A stretch of DNA of 40,523 bases, taken from contig DCKN01000037.1 in the NCBI GenBank assembly GCA_002320385.1, positions 1-40,523 of the forward strand, given 5' to 3'. The first letter of the stretch is position 1, and every line of letters begins with the position of its first letter. Below the pieces are notes generated by a model. That model saw only the letters and a program-made list of their open reading frames with translations, was not told where the DNA came from and ran no database searches. The stretch comes from Proteobacteria bacterium UBA1673 (GTDB taxonomy: Bacteria > Pseudomonadota > Gammaproteobacteria > Comchoanobacterales > Comchoanobacteraceae). The position numbers and the translations under genes were made by a program. Of the stretch, positions 1 to 7,801 are shown piece after piece.

Positions 1-1680
1 ATAAAGCGGATTCGCCTGCATTTGTCCTTGTGGTTATGACGGCATTCAGTGCATCTACGCTTATCATCTCTATTAATCGACCACCATCAGCTGTTAACAC
101 ACTTCGACCCTGCTTAGCCCGCGCTAGCCAAAATAAAGCGGATTCGCCTGTAGACTCACCTGAAGCGATGACGTGATTCAAGCCTTGTGGCGTAATCTTC
201 TCTCTCAAACTCGGATGATGGAACAATAGCTCTCGTCCGACATTAGTACACGCTAGCCAAAATAAAGCGGATTCGCCTGCAGACTCACCTGAAGCTATCA
301 CAGCATTCAGTGCTTCTTCGCTTATCATCTCTATTAATCGACCACCATCAGCTGTTAACACACTTCGACCCTGCTTAACCCGCGCTAGCCGAAATAAAGC
401 GGATTCGCCTGCAGACTCACCTGAAGCGATGACGTGATTCAAGCCTTGTTCGCCTATCTTTCCACGTAGACTTGAATGTTTAAGTAACAAAGCTCGTCCG
501 TACTCATCACTTGCTAGCCTAGACAAGGCGGATTCGCCTGCATACTCACCTGAAGCTATCACGGCATTCAGTGCATCTTCGCTTATCATCTCTATTAATT
601 CATCATGTCTAGTTAACACAGTCACATTCTTCATTTTTATCGCCAGCCATAATCTTCCGACTCCTCTTGCGGCACGTGGATATGCTGTACCTGTCAACCA
701 AAACAAGGCGGATTCGCCTGCATGCTCACCTGAAGTTATGACATGATTCATGCCTTGTGGCGTAATCATATCTATCAAACTCGATTCATAGTACAATAGA
801 TCTCGTCCGTCAGAATATCTCGCTAGCCAAAATAATGCGGATGTGCCTGCACGCTCACCTGAAGTTATGACATGATTCATGCCTTGTGGCGTAATCTTCC
901 ATCTCAAACTCAGTTCATCATGGTACAATAGTTCTCGTCCGTCACGATTAATCGCTAGCCAAAATAATGCGGATGTGCCTGCATTTGGCCCTGTGGCTAT
1001 GACGGCATTCAGTGCATCTTCGCTTATCATCTTTATTAATCGACCATCATCAGCTGTTAACACACTACGACCTTGCTCATGTCCTGCTAGCCAAAATAAA
1101 GCGGATTCGCCTGCAGACCCACCTGAAGCGATGACGTGATTCAAGCCTTGCGGCGTAATCTTCTCTCTCAAACTCGGATGATGGAATAATAGCTCTCGTC
1201 CGTCATAAGTACACGCTAGCAAATAAATGGCGGATTTGCATGCATTTGGCCCTGTGGCTATGACGGCATTCAGTGCATCTTCGCTTATCATCTCTATTAA
1301 TCGACCATCATCAGCTGTTAACACACCTCGACCCTGTTCATCTTTTGCTAACCAAAATAATGCGGACTCTCCTATTTTTTTAACTGAAGCTATGACGTGA
1401 TTCAAGCCTTGTTCGCCTATCTTTCCACGTAGACTTGAATGTTTAAGTAACAAAGCCCGTCCGTCCTTATTAGCTGCTAGCCAAAATAATGAAGATGAGC
1501 CTTCATCCTCTCCTGATACTATCAAGGCATTCAGTGTCTTTTGGCTTATCATCCCTAATAATCGACCATCATCTGCAGTTAACACACTACGACCTTGCTC
1601 ATGTCCTGCCAGCCAAAATAGAACTGATTGCTTTTCTATATCTACTGCATTCAAAACTTGCTCTGTGATACGTATTCTTA
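1..1680 (-). repeat. Coding tandem repeat array. Units alternate between 132 and 129 bp (a 261-bp super-unit of two subtypes), with one 180-bp unit.
   Basis: The anchor word gcggattcgcctg (or close variants) starts at 6, 138, 267, 399, 528, 708, 837, 969, 1101, 1230, 1362 and about 1491 and 1621. Successive offsets are 132, 129, 132, 129, 180, 129, 132, 132, 129, 132, 129, 132. Distant units such as 121-240 and 1081-1200 are nearly identical at the DNA level. Confidence 0.9.
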
Positions 1681-1894
1681 GCGCTTTATCACGCAATAAT
1701 ATCCATCGTCCACAAACATGTAATGCCAAGCAATATGCAATACTCTTGCCAGCATACTTGCCATCTCGGATCACAGCGCTGATATCGATATTATCACTTA
1801 CATCGACTCCATCTGTTATGGACTCAGTATTCTCTGCAATGATGGAAAGGTCTATCTCTGGATAGTATTTTGTTAGAAAGTCCCGCAGTTTCAT
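1..1894 (-). CDS. Tandem-repeat protein. The N-terminus is complete and the C-terminal part runs off the left window edge. It has at least 13 copies of a 43/44-aa repeat (alpha-solenoid, ANK/ARM-like) and is a candidate secreted effector.
   Basis: My own reverse-strand translation starts at ATG (complement of 1892-1894) and reads MKLRDFLTKYYPEIDLSIIAENTESITDGVDVSDN.... It stays open to position 1. It is missing from the ORF track, apparently because there is no stop inside the window. The motif ..(A/G)LN(A/H)VIASGESAGESALFWLA-x4-GR-x-(L/V)L.. recurs throughout. A Trp codon of the motif (complement of 1613-1615) is in frame with the ATG, and all repeat offsets are multiples of 3. Confidence 0.75.
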   Translation of the reverse strand, partial: MKLRDFLTKYYPEIDLSIIAENTESITDGVDVSDNIDISAVIRDGKYAGKSIAYCLALHVCGRWILLRDKALRIRITEQVLNAVDIEKQSVLFWLAGHEQGRSVLTADDGRLLGMISQKTLNALIVSGEDEGSSSLFWLAANKDGRALLLKHSSLRGKIGEQGLNHVIASVKKIGESALFWLAKDEQGRGVLTADDGRLIEMISEDALNAVIATGPNACKSAIYLLACTYDGRELLFHHPSLREKITPQGLNHVIASGGSAGESALFWLAGHEQGRSVLTADDGRLIKMISEDALNAVIATGPNAGTSALFWLAINRDGRELLYHDELSLRWKITPQGMNHVITSGERAGTSALFWLARYSDGRDLLYYESSLIDMITPQGMNHVITSGEHAGESALFWLTGTAYPRAARGVGRLWLAIKMKNVTVLTRHDELIEMISEDALNAVIASGEYAGESALSRLASDEYGRALLLKHSSLRGKIGEQGLNHVIASGESAGESALFRLARVKQGRSVLTADGGRLIEMISEEALNAVIASGESAGESALFWLACTNVGRELLFHHPSLREKITPQGLNHVIASGESTGESALFWLARAKQGRSVLTADGGRLIEMISVDALNAVITTRTNAGESAL

Positions 1895-2255
1895 ATAATT
1901 ACCATTATTAATCTACTGTTGCCACCTTATCATCTACAGACACATGAGTAAAGACAATGTCGTGCCACGCTTTTAAACATCAAAATTTAGTCTGTTTAAT
2001 AATACTGAACTTTTCTGTAACTCACTTTCTTGTAGTGTTGTAATTTTTCATGAATACGGGATATTATTTCGTCTCGTGTATGCTCATCAAATTTTGGTAG
2101 CTCTTTAGCAATACTTTTTGTGTCTATTCTAATAACTGGTCAAGTATACTCAAAGTTAAGATCTTCTGTTTTTAAATTTATTTAGACGGCTTAGCGGTGA
2201 TGATTTTCTGTCATTGTGATGCTAAATTTTAATTGGGCATGTCGCAGTGTAACGA

Positions 2256-2765
2256 TTATGTATATTCTAATCTACAATCAAGATTATCGCTTGCTATTGG
2301 TTGATCTTGTCTAGATTTCTTATTGGACCATGACGTATCTGTACGGTTGGCTTTGTTAACATATTTGCTTTTGTTCGTACCTGCGATTGGAGTTTTACGC
2401 GCCCTAGAAATCTCATCATCTAAAATAGTACAAGTGATGCCAGAAATACTGCTTTTCGCTTCGAGTACAGTTTTTAGATAAACTGAGCCACCCGTATCCG
2501 TGATTACAATGATACCTGGTTGGGTGCTATCGGTTGTAAACTGACCGGTTTCCCGATTATTCATACCGTTCTGTACGGATCGTATTTGAACACTAGTTCG
2601 ATGCCATTCTGTGATACGATTACCTTCTAGAGTTTTTGGTGATGCAATGCTGACATAAGCAATTCGTTTTGATTGATTGATTAGTGTGTAATTTTTCTTT
2701 ACTAATTCCGCGTGTAGGGCTGTTGAACTGAGTGCTAGAACACAGCTAAAAAAATATTTGTACAT
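2256..2765 (-). CDS. Hypothetical secreted protein with an N-terminal signal peptide.
   Basis: 169-aa ORF. The N-terminus MYKYFFSCVLALSSTALHA/ELV looks like a Sec signal with an AxA-type cleavage site. AGGAG lies about 7 nt upstream of the ATG. I recognise no family. Confidence 0.6.
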   Translation of the reverse strand: MYKYFFSCVLALSSTALHAELVKKNYTLINQSKRIAYVSIASPKTLEGNRITEWHRTSVQIRSVQNGMNNRETGQFTTDSTQPGIIVITDTGGSVYLKTVLEAKSSISGITCTILDDEISRARKTPIAGTNKSKYVNKANRTDTSWSNKKSRQDQPIASDNLDCRLEYT

Positions 2766-3071
2766 TTAATGGCTCCTAATTGTTCTGATGATTTTAGCAT
2801 AAGCATACCACGATGCAATGCTTTTGCTGTGTTGTGACGCGGCGTCTTCTCATTGACATTATCAGACAGCTATTTTTTTGCCCCCTCTACTTTTTAGCAA
2901 TACTTGTTGATGAATATGATCAATCGCTACAGGTCTACATAATGTCCCTGAATTTCAAGTATCGCTGGCTTTCAGGTCCCATATTACGATGCGTACTTGT
3001 GTAGTGACGATATTGATGCGACTTAATGGTTCGGAATGAAATGTTCCTTAACTCTCTTGGCATGTAGCTGT

Positions 3072-3101
3072 TTGACTGCCAACAATGAAATATGTTACAA
3101 T
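3072..3101 (+). promoter_or_regulatory. Candidate sigma70 promoter, TTGACT-N18-TACAAT.
   Basis: TTGACT at 3072-3077 and TACAAT at 3096-3101, immediately upstream of the ORF that starts at 3109. Confidence 0.4.
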
Positions 3102-3108
3102 ATAATCA

Positions 3109-3612
3109 TTGATAAGAATAATACCATCATTTAGAAACTCTATCTCTGAACTCAAAGGCACTCTCGTGTTTTTTACCCGACATAACGCAGAATCTCTAAA
3201 ACCGCTCGATATTTTTTCATTACATTGTCCTACTCGTGTCACTCGTCTTCAAACACTAAAGACTTACCTGAGCCATGTCATTGATACAGTTGGTGCCTCT
3301 GATACAGTTAGCCTGTCTGCATTGAATGGCGACCAAACCGAACAGCTTATTCGATTTATAATCCAACTGACAAATTTCTATAAGCCTGATAATACAATTG
3401 ATGATGGCTTCTTTGAGTTATATAAATCCCATAAAGATGTTCGAGATTTTATCACTAAAGCCTTTGATAAAGACAAAAATAGTGACCGGATAATAGAGTT
3501 TATGTCTCGTTATACCAAATTTCTTCAACACAAAGTCGTGGGTTATTCCCAATCTATGAGGTCTTTTATAAGAAATCAGGAGATGATAATCTCTCCAAAA
3601 AGCAAATTTTAA
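3109..3612 (+). CDS. Hypothetical protein, probably the 5' half of a frameshift-split gene.
   Basis: 167-aa ORF with a TTG start and no internal ATG until near its end. A consensus-like promoter lies just upstream. The downstream ORF's frame is already open across this ORF's last codons. Confidence 0.4.
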   Translation: MIRIIPSFRNSISELKGTLVFFTRHNAESLKPLDIFSLHCPTRVTRLQTLKTYLSHVIDTVGASDTVSLSALNGDQTEQLIRFIIQLTNFYKPDNTIDDGFFELYKSHKDVRDFITKAFDKDKNSDRIIEFMSRYTKFLQHKVVGYSQSMRSFIRNQEMIISPKSKF

Positions 3613-3656
3613 ATAAACAATCAGAGCTTCTCAGCGCAATTATTCAACCGATCCAA

Positions 3657-4085
3657 TTGTTTTCTCAGTCCAATCATCACCTTTTGGCTCATTCACCGTT
3701 GTTATCTCGAGCATCTGTTTTTTTCGTTGATCTTTTATGTGATATATGCAGCAGCGATGAAGTCATTGACAAGATTAGTGAAGATAAACCGGACTTGATT
3801 TTTGAATCACTTCAATATTTTCTTTCCTTGAGAGTCATAAAAATATTTGTTGATGATGAAAAATGTCAATTCGAGGGGCTGTTCAAAATATTTTTACATA
3901 ATACTTTAGTCATACTGCGCGACTTAAAACTTGATCTTGAAAAGACCCCACCTCGATATAGTATCGAGTATTTAATCCCTGAACTCGTGCATGATGTTTT
4001 ATCAAATCTAGATTTTATTAAAGTCTGCGATCGTTACCACATCGAATCATTTCCTCATCAATCATCCTTCACACTAAATTCCTAA
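3657..4085 (+). CDS. Hypothetical protein, probably the 3' half of the same frameshift-split gene.
   Basis: 142-aa ORF with a TTG start. Its frame reads ..LSKKQILNKQSELLSAIIQPIQ.. without a stop from at least 3591, so it overlaps the end of ORF 3109-3612. Confidence 0.4.
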   Translation: MFSQSNHHLLAHSPLLSRASVFFVDLLCDICSSDEVIDKISEDKPDLIFESLQYFLSLRVIKIFVDDEKCQFEGLFKIFLHNTLVILRDLKLDLEKTPPRYSIEYLIPELVHDVLSNLDFIKVCDRYHIESFPHQSSFTLNS

Positions 4086-4217
4086 AAGCCGTGTTCGTTT
4101 TGGGTATCCTTAGTCTTATTCTAATCTTTGACTAAAAAATATTTTCATGGATGTGCATTGGCCAAACTTGTCTTTACCAACAATTCAGTGCTATGGTTCT
4201 TGATTTACACCCTGTCT

Positions 4218-5225
4218 ATGTCATCACTAATCTCAGACCGCATTGTTGATTGGCAACTCAAATACGGAAGGCATGACCTTCCGTGGCAACAGGATATCAC
4301 TCCTTATCGTGTATGGGTGTCTGAAGTTATGTTGCAACAAACGCAAGTTAGTACGGTCATCCCCTATTACAATTCTTTCATGCATCAATTCCCATCTGTT
4401 GATAAACTAGCAAGATCTGATGAAGACACTGTCTTTCAATTTTGGTCAGGTCTTGGTTACTATCGTCGAGCCAAACATTTGCATAAAGCAAGCATGATCA
4501 TCATGGACCAGTACGACGGCATGATGCCGGGCTCACCCCTTGAACTTGAGGCGCTTCCAGGTATAGGCAAATCGACTGCACACGCCATTATGAGTATCGC
4601 GCATAATCAACCTTTTGCCATTCTTGACGGCAATGTTAAGCGCGTCTTGTCCCGCGCTTTTTGTATAGAATCGCCTATCGACTCTTCTACAACAATTAAG
4701 CAGCTGTGGCATATCGCTAATAGAGAAATGCATCAAAAATCTTGTCGGACTTATACTCAAGGCATCATGGATTTGGGTGCGCAAATCTGCGTAAAAACTC
4801 CGCTTTGCGACATCTGTCCAATTCAACAGCACTGTCTGGCATTCAAAAATCACAAGCAATCGTCCATTCCTGCCAAAAAGAAAAGTAAAAAGAAACCAGA
4901 ACGAGAAACTTTTTGTGTCTGTTATATTTCTAATAATCAACTTTTTATGCAGCAACGTGATGATCAAGGAATATGGCCGAGATTGTGGACACCGATCATG
5001 ACTGAATCACTTGATGATACGATTTGTGGTGAGAAACTGTATTTAAAGTCATTCAAGCATGTTTTTACTCATTTTTCTCTAACGATAAAGCCTGTCATCG
5101 TGTTTTCAAAACCAAAAACATTGCTGGGAAGCTGGTTTGATAAACACTCAGCGCTTGCTGCTGCTATACCAGCAGCAATTTCTAAACTTATTCTTCAGGG
5201 GAAGATTTTTGAGTACCCGCGTTAG
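4218..5225 (+). CDS. mutY: A/G-specific adenine DNA glycosylase MutY.
   Basis: Contains DLPWQQDITPYRVWVSEVMLQQTQVSTVIPYY, GLGYYRRAKHLH, the HhH-GPD segment LPGIGKSTAHAI, and the 4Fe-4S loop CVKTPLCDICPIQQHC. I moved the start from the track's TTG (4128) to the ATG at 4218 (MSSLISDRIVDWQ). Confidence 0.93.
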   Translation: MSSLISDRIVDWQLKYGRHDLPWQQDITPYRVWVSEVMLQQTQVSTVIPYYNSFMHQFPSVDKLARSDEDTVFQFWSGLGYYRRAKHLHKASMIIMDQYDGMMPGSPLELEALPGIGKSTAHAIMSIAHNQPFAILDGNVKRVLSRAFCIESPIDSSTTIKQLWHIANREMHQKSCRTYTQGIMDLGAQICVKTPLCDICPIQQHCLAFKNHKQSSIPAKKKSKKKPERETFCVCYISNNQLFMQQRDDQGIWPRLWTPIMTESLDDTICGEKLYLKSFKHVFTHFSLTIKPVIVFSKPKTLLGSWFDKHSALAAAIPAAISKLILQGKIFEYPR

Positions 5226-5279
5226 TTTTTCAACTTCGCCTCGGCAATAGCTGATCCGACCGAATGGTCTAATGCGCCA

Positions 5280-7703
5280 TCATCCGTTCTGGAAGTTTAG
5301 AGCTGAATTGCTTCTGCTTGGGTATACCGATCTATCTTTAGGGGTCGTGCTATCATGACTTGTATCGGTCGTATTTTTAGCGATAAGGGATTCAAAGTCG
5401 CTACTCGGCCATGAGTCACTCATTAAGTTTGATGCGGTTGATTTTGAAAATCCTCGACTGTTATAGTCACTTTTAATAAAAGTTGTTTGAGACTCGATAT
5501 CGGATGTGGATAGACTATCACTTTCAGCACTGTTTGAAGCGCGCCCAGTGATGTATTTGTAACAATTTTTCCCAGCTTTTCTTAGCGAACTATCCAAGTT
5601 TTTTTTTAGCTTATGTGGAAGGTCTAACAGAGTATTCGCAATTGCTCGCCACGCCGCAACATTACTTGTTTGTTTGGTGATACTTTTCTTCAAAATGTTG
5701 TCCAATACTGATGAACGAGATAATAATGTGACCGCGAAGCAATAGCTCGTTGTAAACATACACAGAAATGCTGGATTTACGCTCATATTGATTTGTATGA
5801 TTCCTGACACGATTGACATCAAAGCAACTCCAAATACTGCTGACATTATGGTTAAAATACGTATCCACAATGATGATCGATCTAGGGTCATCATCAATTT
5901 GTAGAGTTTTGGTAGATGGTCTTTGTTTGTTAGAAAATGTGCATACGTTTCGATTTGATCATTAAATGCTAGGTTGTTTTTCCCAACAGAACCATTACTG
6001 TTGATATCGACATGTCCAACAGCAACTGATATATCTGCTGCTTTCATTGCTTTCTCATCGTTGATGTCGTCGCCTATCATAATCACTGACTGTGGTGACC
6101 ACAAGTTGAATAGCTGTCCCCATATCTTCTGCGACCAAGTTGGATTGAGACCGTAGTAATTGTAGCGCTTTAAATTTTTAATGTATTCACCTTTTTTGCT
6201 GTTTTCGCCATGTAAGTCTTTACAGAAAATCACTGCATTATCGACGTCTTTCACCCGAAAACTTCTTAACAGCTCTTTGGTTTTTCTTAGGTTTTCCTCC
6301 CATCCATTCGTACTGTGTCCACTTAGAATCTTGATATTGACACCATCTCGAATGAGGTTTTTCAACATTTGTTGAGCGTCGGGAGAAATGATATAAGGCC
6401 CCTGTTTATCTTGCGGATTTTCATGCCATAGGGTTCCAGTTCGATCAAAAACGATTGTCTTACGCTTATTGATTAGAGGTAAACTTTCAGTACACATTAA
6501 AAACCCTAGATGAGGAACAAGCTTGAATACTTTGCTCAATGTAGCAGGTCTAATTACCATGTAGACACAAGGACATGCCACCATCAGCGTTAGACATAGC
6601 TTTTCAATTCCAAGAACAAATCCCACATGTAATGCTGTGGTTAATGATGAAGATAATGCTGTAGCGTACATTAAAAATAGGAAGACTCTGGTCCCTAGAT
6701 CGTCTTTCAACGTGTGTTGTTTTCGTAGATTCTTGTTTTCTTTTGACCGATTCGACTGATAGTCTTCGGTGCATAAGAAATTCCCTTGATAAACCTTATG
6801 ATGCGCCGCCAGGAGAATTTTTTCATGGTCACTTTCACTGATTGTTTTAGTGACTTTCTGCTCTCCTTGACAGTCTCTATATATCGATGTTCCTGGCATT
6901 AACTCAACCTGGACAGGGAGATAGACACCGCTCTGACTTTCACTAAGTTTATCAACGATAACGATGTCCCCTTTGCGCAGCTGATGGATTGGCTTCTCGA
7001 CAATTCTCTTATGGTTGAAGGCTAAACCTTTGACGTTTCTTTCGGGTACTTCAACTGTCACTCTGGTCGTATGGTTGTGAAAAAAAGCTGATGAATCGAA
7101 GTGAGATCTTAACCAGCGACCTAGGTTGTAAACCGATAACTGCATAAATGTATCGTGTAATAATACTTCGCCATGGATCAGTGGGTGAAAAACAATGAGC
7201 GCTGAGGAGCTCCAGGTGATGCATAGTGAGCTCAATACAATCATTTCCATGGACGGAATCCACGCCATTGTATATATCTTATCAAGTGTACTTTGAATGG
7301 ATTGTTTGATGGTGAGCAGGTTGATGTTTGTGCTCTTTTCCGCAAGCTTTGATAGCCATTCTAGCGTATATTTCGAGGTAGCCACGGTTAGTAGACAGAT
7401 TAATGCGGGTAGCGCTGAGATGTTCAGTATTGGCTGAATCGCTGCCCAAAGTAATAAAGACATGAATACTCTTCTGAGGTGTGTTTTCATGTTGATGTGT
7501 TCAAAGTCTTTGATTAGTACGTAGATAAACATCGCAGTTAGTGAAACAAAAGAGATGACACCTAATTGGCCGTGAAAAAGGAATGCCTCGAGCTCATGAA
7601 ACTGCAATAGCAGCCCCATGACCAATACAATGATATTTCTGTAAAACAGTGCATCTCTGTTTTTAGCGTCTCTGACATGCGTTGCACAACAATGATCGGC
7701 CAT
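5280..7703 (-). CDS. Divergent P1B-type (heavy-metal) P-type-ATPase-like membrane protein. It appears to lack the nucleotide-binding domain and has a Ser-rich C-terminal tail.
   Basis: Contains CPC in a TM helix (LMVACPCVYMV, residues 377-379), a phosphorylation-site motif IVFDRTGTL (D420), hinge motif MIGDDINDEKAMKAADISVAVG (544-), and an actuator loop QGE (279-281) where TGE is normal. Only about 124 residues separate D420 from GDD. There are several hydrophobic helices on both sides. Confidence 0.8.
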   Translation of the reverse strand: MADHCCATHVRDAKNRDALFYRNIIVLVMGLLLQFHELEAFLFHGQLGVISFVSLTAMFIYVLIKDFEHINMKTHLRRVFMSLLLWAAIQPILNISALPALICLLTVATSKYTLEWLSKLAEKSTNINLLTIKQSIQSTLDKIYTMAWIPSMEMIVLSSLCITWSSSALIVFHPLIHGEVLLHDTFMQLSVYNLGRWLRSHFDSSAFFHNHTTRVTVEVPERNVKGLAFNHKRIVEKPIHQLRKGDIVIVDKLSESQSGVYLPVQVELMPGTSIYRDCQGEQKVTKTISESDHEKILLAAHHKVYQGNFLCTEDYQSNRSKENKNLRKQHTLKDDLGTRVFLFLMYATALSSSLTTALHVGFVLGIEKLCLTLMVACPCVYMVIRPATLSKVFKLVPHLGFLMCTESLPLINKRKTIVFDRTGTLWHENPQDKQGPYIISPDAQQMLKNLIRDGVNIKILSGHSTNGWEENLRKTKELLRSFRVKDVDNAVIFCKDLHGENSKKGEYIKNLKRYNYYGLNPTWSQKIWGQLFNLWSPQSVIMIGDDINDEKAMKAADISVAVGHVDINSNGSVGKNNLAFNDQIETYAHFLTNKDHLPKLYKLMMTLDRSSLWIRILTIMSAVFGVALMSIVSGIIQINMSVNPAFLCMFTTSYCFAVTLLSRSSVLDNILKKSITKQTSNVAAWRAIANTLLDLPHKLKKNLDSSLRKAGKNCYKYITGRASNSAESDSLSTSDIESQTTFIKSDYNSRGFSKSTASNLMSDSWPSSDFESLIAKNTTDTSHDSTTPKDRSVYPSRSNSALNFQNG

Positions 7704-7729
7704 TTCTTATCCTTTCCTATATTTGAGAC

Positions 7730-7757
7730 ATTATAACATATTTAAAAGCACTGTCAA
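7730..7757 (-). promoter_or_regulatory. Candidate consensus sigma70 promoter for the ATPase-like gene, TTGACA-N16-TATAAT with a TG extension.
   Basis: The reverse strand reads acTTGACAgtgcttttaaatatgtTATAATgtc. The -35 is the complement of 7752-7757 and the -10 is the complement of 7730-7735. It is followed by AGGAAAGGA and the ATG at 7703. Confidence 0.5.
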
Positions 7758-7801
7758 GTACTGTGTTTAATTAAACTGATATGATTTTGAAACACATAAA
7801 A

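Noticed and set aside
1-1680. Whether the regular 129/132-bp repeats could be a CRISPR array or a satellite.
   Set aside because: The units are contiguous with no unique spacers, they are about four times longer than CRISPR repeats, and they are translated in one frame into a conserved peptide.
879-1865. Plus-strand ORFs 879-1139 and 1665-1865 inside the repeat region.
   Set aside because: They are short frame shadows antisense to the long open reverse-strand reading frame. The repeat periodicity (multiples of 3) and the conserved peptide motif exist only on the reverse strand.
1895-1960. A PmrA-type (TTAATA-N5-TTAATA) box upstream of the repeat gene, at gattaataatggtaattatATG.
   Set aside because: Only one good half-site is present, and it abuts the start codon, leaving no room for a -10 element and a 5' UTR.
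1990-2135. A reverse-strand reading frame of about 45 codons (..IDTKSIAKELPKFDEHTRDEIISRIHEKLQHYKKVSYRKVQYY*).
   Set aside because: It has no ATG, GTG or TTG start after the upstream in-frame stop and no recognisable family. It may be a gene remnant, but I cannot support that.
2813-3004. 63-aa ORF between the secreted ORFan and the split gene.
   Set aside because: It is Cys/Phe-rich and of low complexity, with no RBS. It lies upstream of the better-supported promoter at 3072-3101.
4533-4967. Antisense or overlapping ORFs embedded in well-supported genes. Examples: 4533-4967, 5662-5868, 7767-8111, 8608-9063, 9498-9770, 11334-11588, 13338-14021, 15784-16562, 18430-18675, 20072-21174, 21222-21686, 23212-23639, 27716-29486, 30447-31078, 34733-35020, 35285-36291, 36857-37414 and 37598-37828.
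   Set aside because: Each lies inside, or antisense to, a gene with strong family motifs. None has a recognisable motif of its own, and many begin at non-ATG codons.
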